A model generated the notes under the pieces. That model worked only from the letters and a program-made list of their open reading frames with translations, had not been told where the DNA came from and did not search any database. The translations under genes and the position numbers were made by a program. Positions 1 to 10,015 of a stretch of 64,000 nt of DNA are shown piece by piece; within the stretch, counting starts at the first letter, position 1, and the number at the start of each line of letters is the position of its first letter. Source of the stretch: Promethearchaeia archaeon (GTDB lineage: Archaea; Asgardarchaeota; Lokiarchaeia; Sigyniarchaeales; SOKP01); the NCBI GenBank assembly GCA_029856145.1, contig JAHQWK010000022.1, positions 32,001-96,000 of the forward strand. Direction: 5' to 3'.

Positions 1-1
1 A

Positions 2-3000
2 GAAGAGAATAGTTTAGTGAATGGTCATTTAATAAGTTCTCAAGAAGATCCTCTCGGTACACATGTATTTGCTCGCCAAATTGAATTAAATGAAGATATT
101 CAATATTCATTTACTTTATCAACAGATGACACAGATGCTGATTTCGATTTATTTTTATTTTCAAATGAATCTAATCAATATGGTGAACCAATTCTTCTAC
201 AATCATCTAGAAAATGGTATGGTGATTTTGATAATTTCTATTTTACTCCAAAAGATAATCAGACTAACTGTGTTATAATTATTAAAGCAATTGAGGGAAG
301 TAGCGATTTTACTTTGAATATTTCAACTGTTAATAATCTTTTTAAACCAGAATTAGAAGTAGTTGAAATTAATTATATTGGTGGTTCCAAAAATACAACG
401 GTTATGAGTCTTCAGGAATATATGGGAGGTGAACCGAAGAAAAATTATACAATTGATAGTTATAGGTTTTATATTGAATATTTCGATAATGATACGTCAA
501 ATGTCCCACCTCAAGAGGTTTATGTCTCCATTCTAGAATTATCAAAAAATTATACATTAACTCAACTTTATGCACCAGATAATACTTACACTGATGGGGC
601 AATATTCGTAAGTGACTATATTCAATTTCCGAGATCTGGAATATTTCATTATTTTTTTGTGGCTAGTGACGGTGCTTTTAAAACAAGATATCCAAACACT
701 AAACAACTTAATATTACAATTGAATTCCCAACAGATAGTATCCAATTCCCAAATTACCATAATTTTAATGATGGAATTGGTAATTGGACATATACTGGTA
801 CTGGTTGGGAGATAATGTCTCAAAATAATTATTATGATAATAGATCAAGAATATATCAAGATTATTGGTACTCCATGTATTTTGGCACATATCATAATAA
901 TCCAAAAAATTACTCTTATCAACCTATTAGAATAACTGAGGATCCATATCCAAATGGTTCTTTAATCAGTCCTTTATTCAATTTAACAAATATAGAGCAA
1001 AACCAAAGTCAACCTTATGCAAAATTTGGATTTAGAGTAAGCATCAATACAGGAGATTTTGTTTATTTACAAATTAATCTAAATTGGACCGGTTGGATAA
1101 CTCTAAAAACTTATACTGATATAGAGCAGGACTGGTTTATGGAAGAAATTAATTTAACCCAATATATTGGAAATTTTGTTCAATTTCGATTCGATACTTC
1201 TCTAGACGATGATTTTGATTCGATAAATTATAAGGGATTTATTTTAGATTATTTTGCGATCATAAATTATACTAATGAAAATTCCCCTGTGATATATTTT
1301 AATTTAAATAATGATATTTCCTCAACCCAAGATTCGAAATACCAGAAATATAGGTTTTCTTTTGAATATTTTGATTTAGATAATAACTATCCTGAATTCG
1401 TCTACTTAGAAATGGATGGTACTAATTATACAATGTACAATATTTATGGTGATTGGAATGCTAGCTCAAATGGCATTGAAGATTGGGGGATTTATTTTAC
1501 CAGATCTATACTATTAGAAGAAACCTCAAACCAATCATTCAGATATCATGTTTCAGATGGTCTACATATAAATTCAAGCCCGTGGTATAATAAAAACAAT
1601 TCACTCTTTAAGTTTATCAACCCAACTCCTTTACAATTCAATGTTTTTAAAGATAATAAGTTCATTGGGTATGAATATTCAAATACAAACTTAGTTGATT
1701 ACTATGTATCAGGAACTCCCCTCCCAAAAGAAGATACTGCTTGGTTTAGAGCAGACAATACATGGCATCCTATAAGCCGTCTTAACCAACCTTATATATA
1801 TGGAGGAATAGGACAAGGTTATGGTGGTTTTGAGCAGGGTTATGGAATAAATTGGGATAGTAATTTAATTACTCGCCCATTACACCTTGGAAGTGAATAT
1901 AAAGTGTATTTTGAATTTGATTATGAAATATCCTTACAAAATGAATACTATCAACCCGAAGATCAGTTAGATAAGTGCATAATTTCAATATCAAAAGATT
2001 TTGGTGAAACATGGATTATCCTTAAAGAATTTACATATGATAATGAGGACCTCTCTGGAAGTAAAAGATTTGATATTTCTCACTATTCTGGAGAAGATAT
2101 AATGATAATGTTCACTTTACATTCAAACAATAATATAATTGGATTGGGATATGGATGGTTACTCTCTAATATTTATCTGGGTTATGATAAATCAACAGAT
2201 TTTATAGCTCCAGAAATAAAAATATTAAGTCCCGAGCCTAACATAAGTATAAATTCAATAATTGCGATTGAAGTAAATATAACTGATAATATTGGATTGG
2301 ATGAGTTAAGAATTTACATACTTCTGAATAATAATAGTGTTGATAGAAGTAAACTTACATATAATAGTAATACAAGTATATTAGAATTTAATTGGAATAC
2401 CGCTAATTTTAATGATGGAACATATGAAATTAGAATAGTGGCTTTTGATAAAGAAGGAAATAAAGCAGAGTCATTCATATATGTTACAGTAAATAATGGG
2501 AGATGGTGGCTTCTATGGGGGCCATATATAATTTTGATAGGGACCATAGCTGCTGTAATGATATCATTATTTGTTATTGCTGAGAAGAAGGGAAAAATTT
2601 GGATTCAGAATATTAAAAATATTCGTGCTGAAAAAATTAGACTTAAAGATATTGATAAAGATCAAGTAATAAAACGAATAGAATTAATCGAACACGAAGA
2701 AGAACTTAAAAAACCTTTAACTTTATATTGTAAATCATGTAGATCCTGGTTTATATCTAACAAATTTGATATAATCTGTCCTATATGTGAGCATGATCAA
2801 ATCTATACTGCATATAACTGCTCAAATTGTGGAAAGTGGTCTTTGAAAGACGAACCAAGAGAAAATTATTATTGTAAAAATAAAAGATGTGAAGGAGTTA
2901 GGTTAGTTAGAAAGGAAAAAGAAGAAATTGAAGAAATTTTGGCTGAGGAAGGTAAATTTCCAAGAGAGTTTAAGAGTAAAAAAAAGAAATTTAGCATTTT

Positions 3001-3010
3001 AGATGTGTAA
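2..3010 (+). CDS. Large membrane-anchored surface protein (5'-truncated by window): Ig-like and jelly-roll repeats, one TM helix, cytoplasmic zinc-ribbon tail
   Basis: Frame is open from base 2 (GAA GAG AAT AGT TTA GTG), so the GTG at 17 is probably not the true start. Two YFDxDN..P...SDG units, two LIS/TxP..L..W..F.F jelly-roll-like units, Big-type D..APEI..WNT...DGTYEIRIVAFD, TM WWLLWGPYIILIG..FVIA, then CKSC/CPIC/CSNC/CKNKRC. Confidence 0.75.
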   Translation, partial: EENSLVNGHLISSQEDPLGTHVFARQIELNEDIQYSFTLSTDDTDADFDLFLFSNESNQYGEPILLQSSRKWYGDFDNFYFTPKDNQTNCVIIIKAIEGSSDFTLNISTVNNLFKPELEVVEINYIGGSKNTTVMSLQEYMGGEPKKNYTIDSYRFYIEYFDNDTSNVPPQEVYVSILELSKNYTLTQLYAPDNTYTDGAIFVSDYIQFPRSGIFHYFFVASDGAFKTRYPNTKQLNITIEFPTDSIQFPNYHNFNDGIGNWTYTGTGWEIMSQNNYYDNRSRIYQDYWYSMYFGTYHNNPKNYSYQPIRITEDPYPNGSLISPLFNLTNIEQNQSQPYAKFGFRVSINTGDFVYLQINLNWTGWITLKTYTDIEQDWFMEEINLTQYIGNFVQFRFDTSLDDDFDSINYKGFILDYFAIINYTNENSPVIYFNLNNDISSTQDSKYQKYRFSFEYFDLDNNYPEFVYLEMDGTNYTMYNIYGDWNASSNGIEDWGIYFTRSILLEETSNQSFRYHVSDGLHINSSPWYNKNNSLFKFINPTPLQFNVFKDNKFIGYEYSNTNLVDYYVSGTPLPKEDTAWFRADNTWHPISRLNQPYIYGGIGQGYGGFEQGYGINWDSNLITRPLHLGSEYKVYFEFDYEISLQNEYYQPEDQLDKCIISISKDFGETWIILKEFTYDNEDLSGSKRFDISHYSGEDIMIMFTLHSNNNIIGLGYGWLLSNIYLGYDKSTDFIAPEIKILSPEPNISINSIIAIEVNITDNIGLDELRIYILLNNNSVDRSKLTYNSNTSILEFNWNTANFNDGTYEIRIVAFDKEGNKAESFIYVTVNNGRWWLLWGPYIILIGTIAAVMISLFVIAEKKGKIWIQNIKNIRAEKIRLKDIDKDQVIKRIELIEHEEELKKPLTLYCKSCRSWFISNKFDIICPICEHDQIYTAYNCSNCGKWSLKDEPRENYYCKNKRCEGVRLVRKEKEEIEEILAEEGKFPREFKSKKKKFSILDV

Positions 3011-3024
3011 AAAATAATTAAAAG

Positions 3025-6018
3025 GTGATGATAATAGATTTAAGAAATTTCTTGTATAAACTAAGAAGACGTATAAATCTACAAATTATCAAACATTCCT
3101 TGCTCGATCTCAAACGGGATAAAGCGAAAGCGATTTTTGGAATATGTGGTATCGCAGTTTCATTATTTTTATTAACAACTATTGGAATGTTAAATGATAC
3201 AGTGAATTATAATTATCTTTTATACGTTACATCATCAACAGGAAAATCAGATATTATGATTACACGAACAATACAAACAGATTTAACCTATGATCCTTTC
3301 TATGATGAAGATATTATTGATAATGAATTAATGGATATTGAGGGGGTTCAAAAGTTATTTCCGCGTATTATGATGTTAGTAGAGACCTCTTCAGAAAATA
3401 TTAACACGAGTGGTTCTTTACAATTATATGGTCTTGACTTTATAGAAGAAGCTACAAATGGTAATATAGGAGATTTAATAATAGTAGATGATGAAGGAAA
3501 AGAAACAAATGAGATCTATGATGATGAGCCTAATAATGGGGAATGTATTATATTATGGAACGTTGCACAACTCCTTAACGTAAGTAGAGGAGATAGTATA
3601 AATTTAAAATACCAAACTTATGAATTAAACTTAACTGTAGCTGAAATTTGTATTCAAGCCCTTAAATTCATGCAATTTGAAAATACATTAATCCTTGTTA
3701 ATTTACAACAAGTCCAAAGTTTCCTAAAACGAGAAGGTTTAATAAATTTTATTGTAGGGACTATTAATGATCCTAGATCTGTTTATGATGCTAGTAATTT
3801 GGACTTAACAACTAGAAGGCTTCGAAAAATTGGTTCTAATATACAGGAAAGGTTGGATCTTAATGAATTCACTGTAAGCCTACCAAAATTAGAGGAACTT
3901 GAAGGAGGTGAATTTCTATTAATGACAGTGACAATAATGTTTTGGTTCATCACAATTCTCTCCACTCTTATAACGGGCATTTTAATAAACAGTATTTTAT
4001 CTACTTCAGTTGAAGAAAGAATTAGAGAATTTGGTGTTGTTCGTGTTGTTGGAAGTAGAAAAGCTTATTGTATAAAAATGGTTCTATTTGAAGGGTTGAT
4101 GTTAGGCTTAATTGGATCGATTATTGGAATGATACTTGGATTCACAATGATGAAACCAATTGCACAATCTTTTTTTCCTCTATATGAGTTTCAATTTGCG
4201 TTTACTGAAGTAGAATGGGTTATTCAACCTGATACGCTTATAATGACATTTTCAATAGGAACATTAGTATCATTAGCAGTATCCTTATTACCTGCTCTAA
4301 AAACAGCGAAGTTAGATATTATTAAATCAATTACTCCCTTTCAAACGAAGGAAGAAGGATGGGAAATTAAAAAAGAGGGTAGTATGAATGTTAAAAGTTT
4401 TCTTGCGGGTATTGCGATAGCTACCATTGGAATGATTGTATTTGTCTTGATGCCAAATATTTTTGTTACAGGTGATTTTATGTTAACTTCAGCACTTTTT
4501 ATTGGCTTATTAGCTGCAATTGTAATCGGATTGGTCTTTGCATCCATAGGAATAATCCCTTTAATTCAAAAAATCTTTTTAGGCATAATTTCACCAGCTA
4601 TTAGAAAATATAGTAGTATCATAAATATTTCGATAAAACGATATAGAAGACGTAATACAAGCACTGTGATTATGTTTGCAATTAGTTTTTCTTTTATTTT
4701 CTTTATTACAAGTGTAACTGAAATGGAATCTGAAAATATGAGCCTAAATTTAAGATTTCAATATGGTTCAGATTTAGTTTTAATGAATCAAAATTTCCAT
4801 TCCCCCGAAAGTGCTTTAACACTTGAAATGGTTGAAGAATTAGAAAGCTTGCCGGGAGTAGATGAATTAGCCATTTCTCTCCATAATACATTTGACCTTC
4901 AAGCAACTCTAGCAACAATTTTTGAAATAAGTGAAGGTCAAGTGGGTTTTAGTAGTGATTCCACTGAACAAATGATGACTATGTTTCAATATTTTGGAGA
5001 GGCAGACGATTCAAAATTGAAAACAACAGCGGGAGACATGATGGATTTTGATGTTGTGGAAGCAGGATTTATAGGCATAAATGAAGATTTTGTTGATTTA
5101 ATTGATAAAGCCTTATTAATTTGGAAAAGTGATGGTAGTAACACTGATTATTCCTTTAATGAATTATTCACTCATAATAATACGTGTATTATAGCTAAAT
5201 CCATAGCAGATTATATAGGAGTTAAAGAAGTAGGGGAATATGTTCGTATGACATTTTATAGGCCAGAAGATTATGACAATGGACCATTGGCTCCTGGGAA
5301 TGTCACACTATTTCGGGTTGTTGGAATTTCAGGTGGGATTCCTGGATTTTATAACTTTCGAAGTAATGAAATGTCTGCTAATGGGGGAGGTGTAATGGTT
5401 TCCTTAGAGAATTACATGCGTTTGATGAAAGTCGAAAACTCTGGAGAACCTAACATGATAGTAGATAAAATATTTTTAAACCTAGTTGATAAGACTGAAG
5501 AAAACATCAAAGAGACTAAAGACGATATTAACAATATGTACCAAGAAAAGGATATAATTATTGATGATGCCATTTCTAAAATTAACTTTTTTGAAGCGAT
5601 GACTGAAAGACAATCCTTTCTGATGGAACTGATTTTGACGTTCACCGTAATTATTAGCATTTTTGGTCTTGTAAGTAGTATGTATGCAGTTATATTAGAG
5701 CGAAAATTTGAAATTGGGATACTTAGATCAATGGGGATGAAAACACGGAATGTACGTAATATGTTTTTAATTGAAAGTATGATTACTCTACTTTCTGCGG
5801 GTGTTATGGGCACAATTATTGGGACTTTCACTGCATTTATATTAGAATCTACAATGGCACTTATGACCGAGATGCCAATAATATTTACTATTCCGATGGA
5901 AACCTTATCAAGAGTGTTTATTTTATCAATCTCTTTTGCGTTTTTAGGAACATATGTGATTTTGATCAAATATTTTTATAAAAAGAGTATAATGGATATA
6001 TTTCGTCAAACCTTTTAA
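3025..6018 (+). CDS. MacB/FtsX-family ABC transporter permease (duplicated FtsX domains)
   Basis: Two ER..E.G..R..G motifs (VEERIREFGVVRVVG; ILERKFEIGILRSMG), about 10 TM segments and two large extracytoplasmic loops. Confidence 0.85.
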   Translation: MMIIDLRNFLYKLRRRINLQIIKHSLLDLKRDKAKAIFGICGIAVSLFLLTTIGMLNDTVNYNYLLYVTSSTGKSDIMITRTIQTDLTYDPFYDEDIIDNELMDIEGVQKLFPRIMMLVETSSENINTSGSLQLYGLDFIEEATNGNIGDLIIVDDEGKETNEIYDDEPNNGECIILWNVAQLLNVSRGDSINLKYQTYELNLTVAEICIQALKFMQFENTLILVNLQQVQSFLKREGLINFIVGTINDPRSVYDASNLDLTTRRLRKIGSNIQERLDLNEFTVSLPKLEELEGGEFLLMTVTIMFWFITILSTLITGILINSILSTSVEERIREFGVVRVVGSRKAYCIKMVLFEGLMLGLIGSIIGMILGFTMMKPIAQSFFPLYEFQFAFTEVEWVIQPDTLIMTFSIGTLVSLAVSLLPALKTAKLDIIKSITPFQTKEEGWEIKKEGSMNVKSFLAGIAIATIGMIVFVLMPNIFVTGDFMLTSALFIGLLAAIVIGLVFASIGIIPLIQKIFLGIISPAIRKYSSIINISIKRYRRRNTSTVIMFAISFSFIFFITSVTEMESENMSLNLRFQYGSDLVLMNQNFHSPESALTLEMVEELESLPGVDELAISLHNTFDLQATLATIFEISEGQVGFSSDSTEQMMTMFQYFGEADDSKLKTTAGDMMDFDVVEAGFIGINEDFVDLIDKALLIWKSDGSNTDYSFNELFTHNNTCIIAKSIADYIGVKEVGEYVRMTFYRPEDYDNGPLAPGNVTLFRVVGISGGIPGFYNFRSNEMSANGGGVMVSLENYMRLMKVENSGEPNMIVDKIFLNLVDKTEENIKETKDDINNMYQEKDIIIDDAISKINFFEAMTERQSFLMELILTFTVIISIFGLVSSMYAVILERKFEIGILRSMGMKTRNVRNMFLIESMITLLSAGVMGTIIGTFTAFILESTMALMTEMPIIFTIPMETLSRVFILSISFAFLGTYVILIKYFYKKSIMDIFRQTF

Positions 6019-6046
6019 AAATTAATTTTCTATCAATTAGGAAATA

Positions 6047-6637
6047 TTAAATGGTATTCTCTTTTAGGAATTTTGTAAATTTCCTCCAAGCTTTTCCTCT
6101 ATGAGAAATTTTATTCTTTTCATCTGTCGTTAATTCAGCAAAAGTACTATCGGGCATAACGTTAGGAAGAAAAATAGGATCAAACCCAAATCCACCTGAA
6201 CCTCTTATAGTTTTTGATACTCTCCCATAAACATCTCCTTCAAATATTAAGTTTTTATCAAGAGGTTTAAAGTAGAGTGCGATAGATGAAGTGAAATGGG
6301 CTTGTGTCTTCTCAAAATCATCTATTAGTCTTAATATTCCTTTATTACCAAGAGTTTTCATAACATATGAGGAATATACTCCTGGAAAACCATTAAGAGG
6401 TGTATCCACGAAAAATCCAGCATCCTCTATGAAATAAGAGCCATTTACTTGTCCTTTTATACTTTCTAATTTGTATAGTGCTATTTCTTTAATAGATTCT
6501 GCTTGAACTTCGATTGTTTTGATATTTTTCTGCTTTAAAACATAATTGAGGTTTTCTTTATTGAAGAAAGCGGAAATCTCGTTATATTTATGTATATTTC
6601 CAGTTATAAAATAAATGATATTTTGATCCATGTTCAT
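6047..6637 (-). CDS. rdgB: XTP/dITP diphosphatase (RdgB/Ham1)
   Basis: ITGNIHKY, EDAGFF, FPGVYS, GFGFDPIF, KNKISHRGKA. Confidence 0.95.
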   Translation of the reverse strand: MNMDQNIIYFITGNIHKYNEISAFFNKENLNYVLKQKNIKTIEVQAESIKEIALYKLESIKGQVNGSYFIEDAGFFVDTPLNGFPGVYSSYVMKTLGNKGILRLIDDFEKTQAHFTSSIALYFKPLDKNLIFEGDVYGRVSKTIRGSGGFGFDPIFLPNVMPDSTFAELTTDEKNKISHRGKAWRKFTKFLKENTI

Positions 6638-6795
6638 AATTACTATAAGAGCTTAAGATTTATTTAGATATTCGAGTTCAATGAAGATTGAACCATTTGT
6701 AATAATAAACATTCCAAAAGTTTATTTTGTATATTTCTTTATTTATTTTATATTAAATCTTATAAGAACTGCAACATAAGAGGAAGAACGTAAAA

Positions 6796-7254
6796 ATGGC
6801 TCGGATGCATTCAAGAAAGTGTGGAAAATCAGGTAGTACTCGTCCAGCAAGACTAGAAAAACCTACATGGGTGGAACTCTCACCTGAAGAAGTCGAAAAT
6901 GAAGTTGTTAAATTAGCGAGAAGAGGACAATCAAAATCAATGATAGGTACTATAATGAGAGATTCGCGAGGTGTACCATTAGTTAAATTAGTAACTGGTA
7001 AAAAAGTAACTCAAATCCTTGAAGAAAACGAGATTAAAACACCTCTACCTGAAGAACTCGCAAATTTAGTAAGAAAAGCCCTAAGTATCAGAAAACATCT
7101 TGAAACAAATCATAAAGATCTTGAAGCTAAAAAAGGTTTGAATAGAAATGAGAGTAAAATATATCGCTTAATAAAATATTATAAAAAGAAGAAAGTATTA
7201 GCACCTGATTTCAAATATGATCCCGAAAAAATAAGAACATTAGTAGCGAGATAA
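6796..7254 (+). CDS. rps15: Ribosomal protein uS15 (S13e/S15P)
   Basis: MARMHSRK.GKSGS, PEELANLVRKA, HKDLEAKKGL..ESKIYRLIKYYK. Confidence 0.97.
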   Translation: MARMHSRKCGKSGSTRPARLEKPTWVELSPEEVENEVVKLARRGQSKSMIGTIMRDSRGVPLVKLVTGKKVTQILEENEIKTPLPEELANLVRKALSIRKHLETNHKDLEAKKGLNRNESKIYRLIKYYKKKKVLAPDFKYDPEKIRTLVAR

Positions 7255-7268
7255 ATGGAGGATTTAAA

Positions 7269-8102
7269 TTGAGTTCAAAAGCAAGGAAAAAAAAACCGAA
7301 AATAAAAAAAGTTTCATTCAAAGATAAAAATTGGTACTCCGTGTTATCGAGTAAAAGCTTTGACTTTAAACCGATTGGAGAAGTTATCGGTTTAGAAGAT
7401 AATTTACTTGGAAGAATACTGGAGACTTTACTATTTGATTTTACACATAAATACTCTGATATCAGTTTGAAATTAAAATTCCGAATCGTGGAAGTTAATA
7501 ACGAAGCAAAAAAGTGTAATAGTATTTTTGTCGGACATCAATATACTAATGATTTTATAAGATCTTTAATTGGCAGGGGAAGTACAAAAATACAATCAAT
7601 TATCAACTTAACTACAAAAGACAATTATATTTTTCGGGTCACGATGATCTGTACCACTATTAAAAGAGCAAGAAGTAGTCAACAAATCTTAATACGGAAA
7701 ATAATAAGAGAAATATTAAGAGAGTTTGCTAAAAGTCTGAATCATGAAAAATTTATTGCAGGGATGATATATAGAGAATTTCAAAGCCAAATTCAACGAG
7801 TAGCTAAGACAATATATCCATTATCTAACGCTGTAATAATTAAGAGCAAGCTTATTTCTATACCTGAAGGAGGGGAAGACAAAGAAATTCCAGATGACCA
7901 ATTTGAGATTGTAGAAGTTGATATAAAGAGATCCAGAAAATCAGAAATAAAAAGAACTGAAAGAATTAATGTAAAAAAGCTATCACGGTCCAAACCTAGA
8001 ACTCGACCCGTTAAGAAAGAAGAACCCCTTCCCACAACAGAAAAAAAAGAAGTTACTAAAGAAGAGAGCCCTTCCATAGAGAAAGAAGAAAAGGAAGCAT
8101 GA
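7269..8102 (+). CDS. rps3ae: Ribosomal protein eS1 (S3Ae) with charged C-terminal extension
   Basis: KDKNWY, LLGRILET, DFIRSLI.RGSTKI, IRKII, AKTIYPL; TTG start preceded by GGAGGA; follows rps15. Confidence 0.92.
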   Translation: MSSKARKKKPKIKKVSFKDKNWYSVLSSKSFDFKPIGEVIGLEDNLLGRILETLLFDFTHKYSDISLKLKFRIVEVNNEAKKCNSIFVGHQYTNDFIRSLIGRGSTKIQSIINLTTKDNYIFRVTMICTTIKRARSSQQILIRKIIREILREFAKSLNHEKFIAGMIYREFQSQIQRVAKTIYPLSNAVIIKSKLISIPEGGEDKEIPDDQFEIVEVDIKRSRKSEIKRTERINVKKLSRSKPRTRPVKKEEPLPTTEKKEVTKEESPSIEKEEKEA

Positions 8103-8233
8103 GAATAACTTAGACTAAAGAAAGTTTTAATAAGATTCAAGTTTTAAAAGCTAAGAACTTAAATAAATTTCTTATACTGATAGTTATTTTTAATAATCTG
8201 AAAAACTTCTTTTAATCTAATTAACTATTATAA

Positions 8234-9991
8234 ATGGTAGTTATGTCTTCTCAAGAAGGAAATCAGAATAATCCATATAACTTTGATGATTTTTTATTTG
8301 TCAGGGATCATTTTAATTATTATAAAGATGATAAGTTTTTACAAGCTCTTATTAATAAGTATCTCCCTCAAGAAGAGTTTGAAAAAATAGATAAAGATCT
8401 CCGTGCTCTCTCTGATTATGTTTCTTTTAGATTTCGAGATCTTGCTGATAAAGCAAATGAACTTGAAAATAGGGTAAAAGTTACGAAAGTCAAACATTTT
8501 GATGCACATAATCATCGAATTGATCGTATAGAAAGATGTTTAGAGACAAAAATTTTAGAACGAGAAGTGTTTAGCCTTGGCCTTTTTGATCCTACTCGAA
8601 ACTCTGCTTGGAGTAGATTTATCAAAATATTTTTACTCTATGAAAACGGAGAAGCAGGAGTAATGTGTCCCGTAGCGTGTTCTCATGGAGCTGTTGAACT
8701 TATGCAAAAATATGAAGGTACATTGAGCCCTGAAGCAAAAACAATCCTAAAATCCATAAGAGATGGTGAAAATGGAGAATATAAGCTTGGTGCTCAATTT
8801 GTAAGTGAGATTCAGGGAGGAAGTGATGTTCCGGCAAACTTAGTTGAGGCCGTATTTGAAAAAGAGGAAGGTAAAGACGGAATGTCGAATGTATGGAGGC
8901 TTTATGGTCAAAAATTTTTCTGCTCAGCTATTCAGGCAGATTATGCAATTGTTACAGCAAAGCCAAAAAATATGCCATCATCCACTAGAATTGCAGCTTT
9001 TGCAGTACCTTCGTGGTTACCTGGCAATAAAGAAAAAGAAATTAGAAATTCGTACACTATTGATAGATTAAAGCAAAAACTAGGAACTGCAGAATTACCA
9101 ACAGCAGAGATTACTTATGATGGTACTGTAGCCTACCCCGTAGGCCCACTTGAAAAAGGATTAGCAGATATCGTAGGAATTGTTCTTTCGTTATCTAGAC
9201 TTCATGTAGCCTTTGGAATGGCTGCTGGTGCTTTACGAGTTGTAAGAGAAGCGATATTATATTCCCAATTTAGAGCTGCTTTTGGTGTACCAATATCTTC
9301 ATTTCCAATGATGATAAATCAAATAAATGAAATAGACCAATTTGCAAAAAGAACAGCGGCGGCTACCTTTAAAATTTATTCTGAATATATTCATTTTAAT
9401 GAAGAACTTATCAGTGGAATAAGGGAATTAGAGAAAATTAAAGATATCGAGGAATGCAAGCGCCGATTTAGATTACGGGAATTAATAATGCTACAAAAAA
9501 TTGTAGTAGCTGATGAAGCTCCAGCAATGATACGCAAAGCAATTTCATTTTATGGAGGGCATGGTATCATGGAAGATTTTCTTTCATCTCCGCGCTTTCA
9601 TAGAGATGCTATGATTATGGAATTATGGGAGGGGCCTAGAAATGTACTCCTCACTCAAATTCATCGAGATTTTTCAAGAGTAAAAGACTGGTATCCAGCT
9701 GATGATTTTTGTAGAGATTTACTAGAGGGAGCAAATTCAGATATTATTGAAGAATATTCATCAGAATTTAATAGAATAATGTCCCATGATAGTCTTCTAA
9801 GAAATGATGAACAAACCTTAGCAATATGTCAAGATTGGGAAGAATTTTCTAATAAACTTTTCATTGCATACCAAGAACAAGCGTTAAAAGAACTTGATTA
9901 TACTAATAAACCAATGAAATTTTCCAAATTACTCCGTGAACTTAGGAAAAGAGAATCACCTGAATTCCAGGAACAAATAGCAATTCAATGA
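8234..9991 (+). CDS. Acyl-CoA dehydrogenase family protein (AidB-like)
   Basis: SEIQGGSD, WRLYGQKFFCS, RLKQKLGT.ELPTAEI, GGHGIMED, ELWEGPRNV. Confidence 0.88.
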   Translation: MVVMSSQEGNQNNPYNFDDFLFVRDHFNYYKDDKFLQALINKYLPQEEFEKIDKDLRALSDYVSFRFRDLADKANELENRVKVTKVKHFDAHNHRIDRIERCLETKILEREVFSLGLFDPTRNSAWSRFIKIFLLYENGEAGVMCPVACSHGAVELMQKYEGTLSPEAKTILKSIRDGENGEYKLGAQFVSEIQGGSDVPANLVEAVFEKEEGKDGMSNVWRLYGQKFFCSAIQADYAIVTAKPKNMPSSTRIAAFAVPSWLPGNKEKEIRNSYTIDRLKQKLGTAELPTAEITYDGTVAYPVGPLEKGLADIVGIVLSLSRLHVAFGMAAGALRVVREAILYSQFRAAFGVPISSFPMMINQINEIDQFAKRTAAATFKIYSEYIHFNEELISGIRELEKIKDIEECKRRFRLRELIMLQKIVVADEAPAMIRKAISFYGGHGIMEDFLSSPRFHRDAMIMELWEGPRNVLLTQIHRDFSRVKDWYPADDFCRDLLEGANSDIIEEYSSEFNRIMSHDSLLRNDEQTLAICQDWEEFSNKLFIAYQEQALKELDYTNKPMKFSKLLRELRKRESPEFQEQIAIQ

Positions 9992-10015
9992 AAATAGAGA
10001 TCCATAAATGTAAAT

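Noticed and set aside
5412-5969. 185-aa antisense ORF and the many other short overlapping ORFs in the track (e.g. 7793-8140, 21597-21977, 48525-49631)
   Set aside because: Shadows of well-supported genes on the opposite strand or another frame; Ile/Ser/Phe-rich with no motifs.
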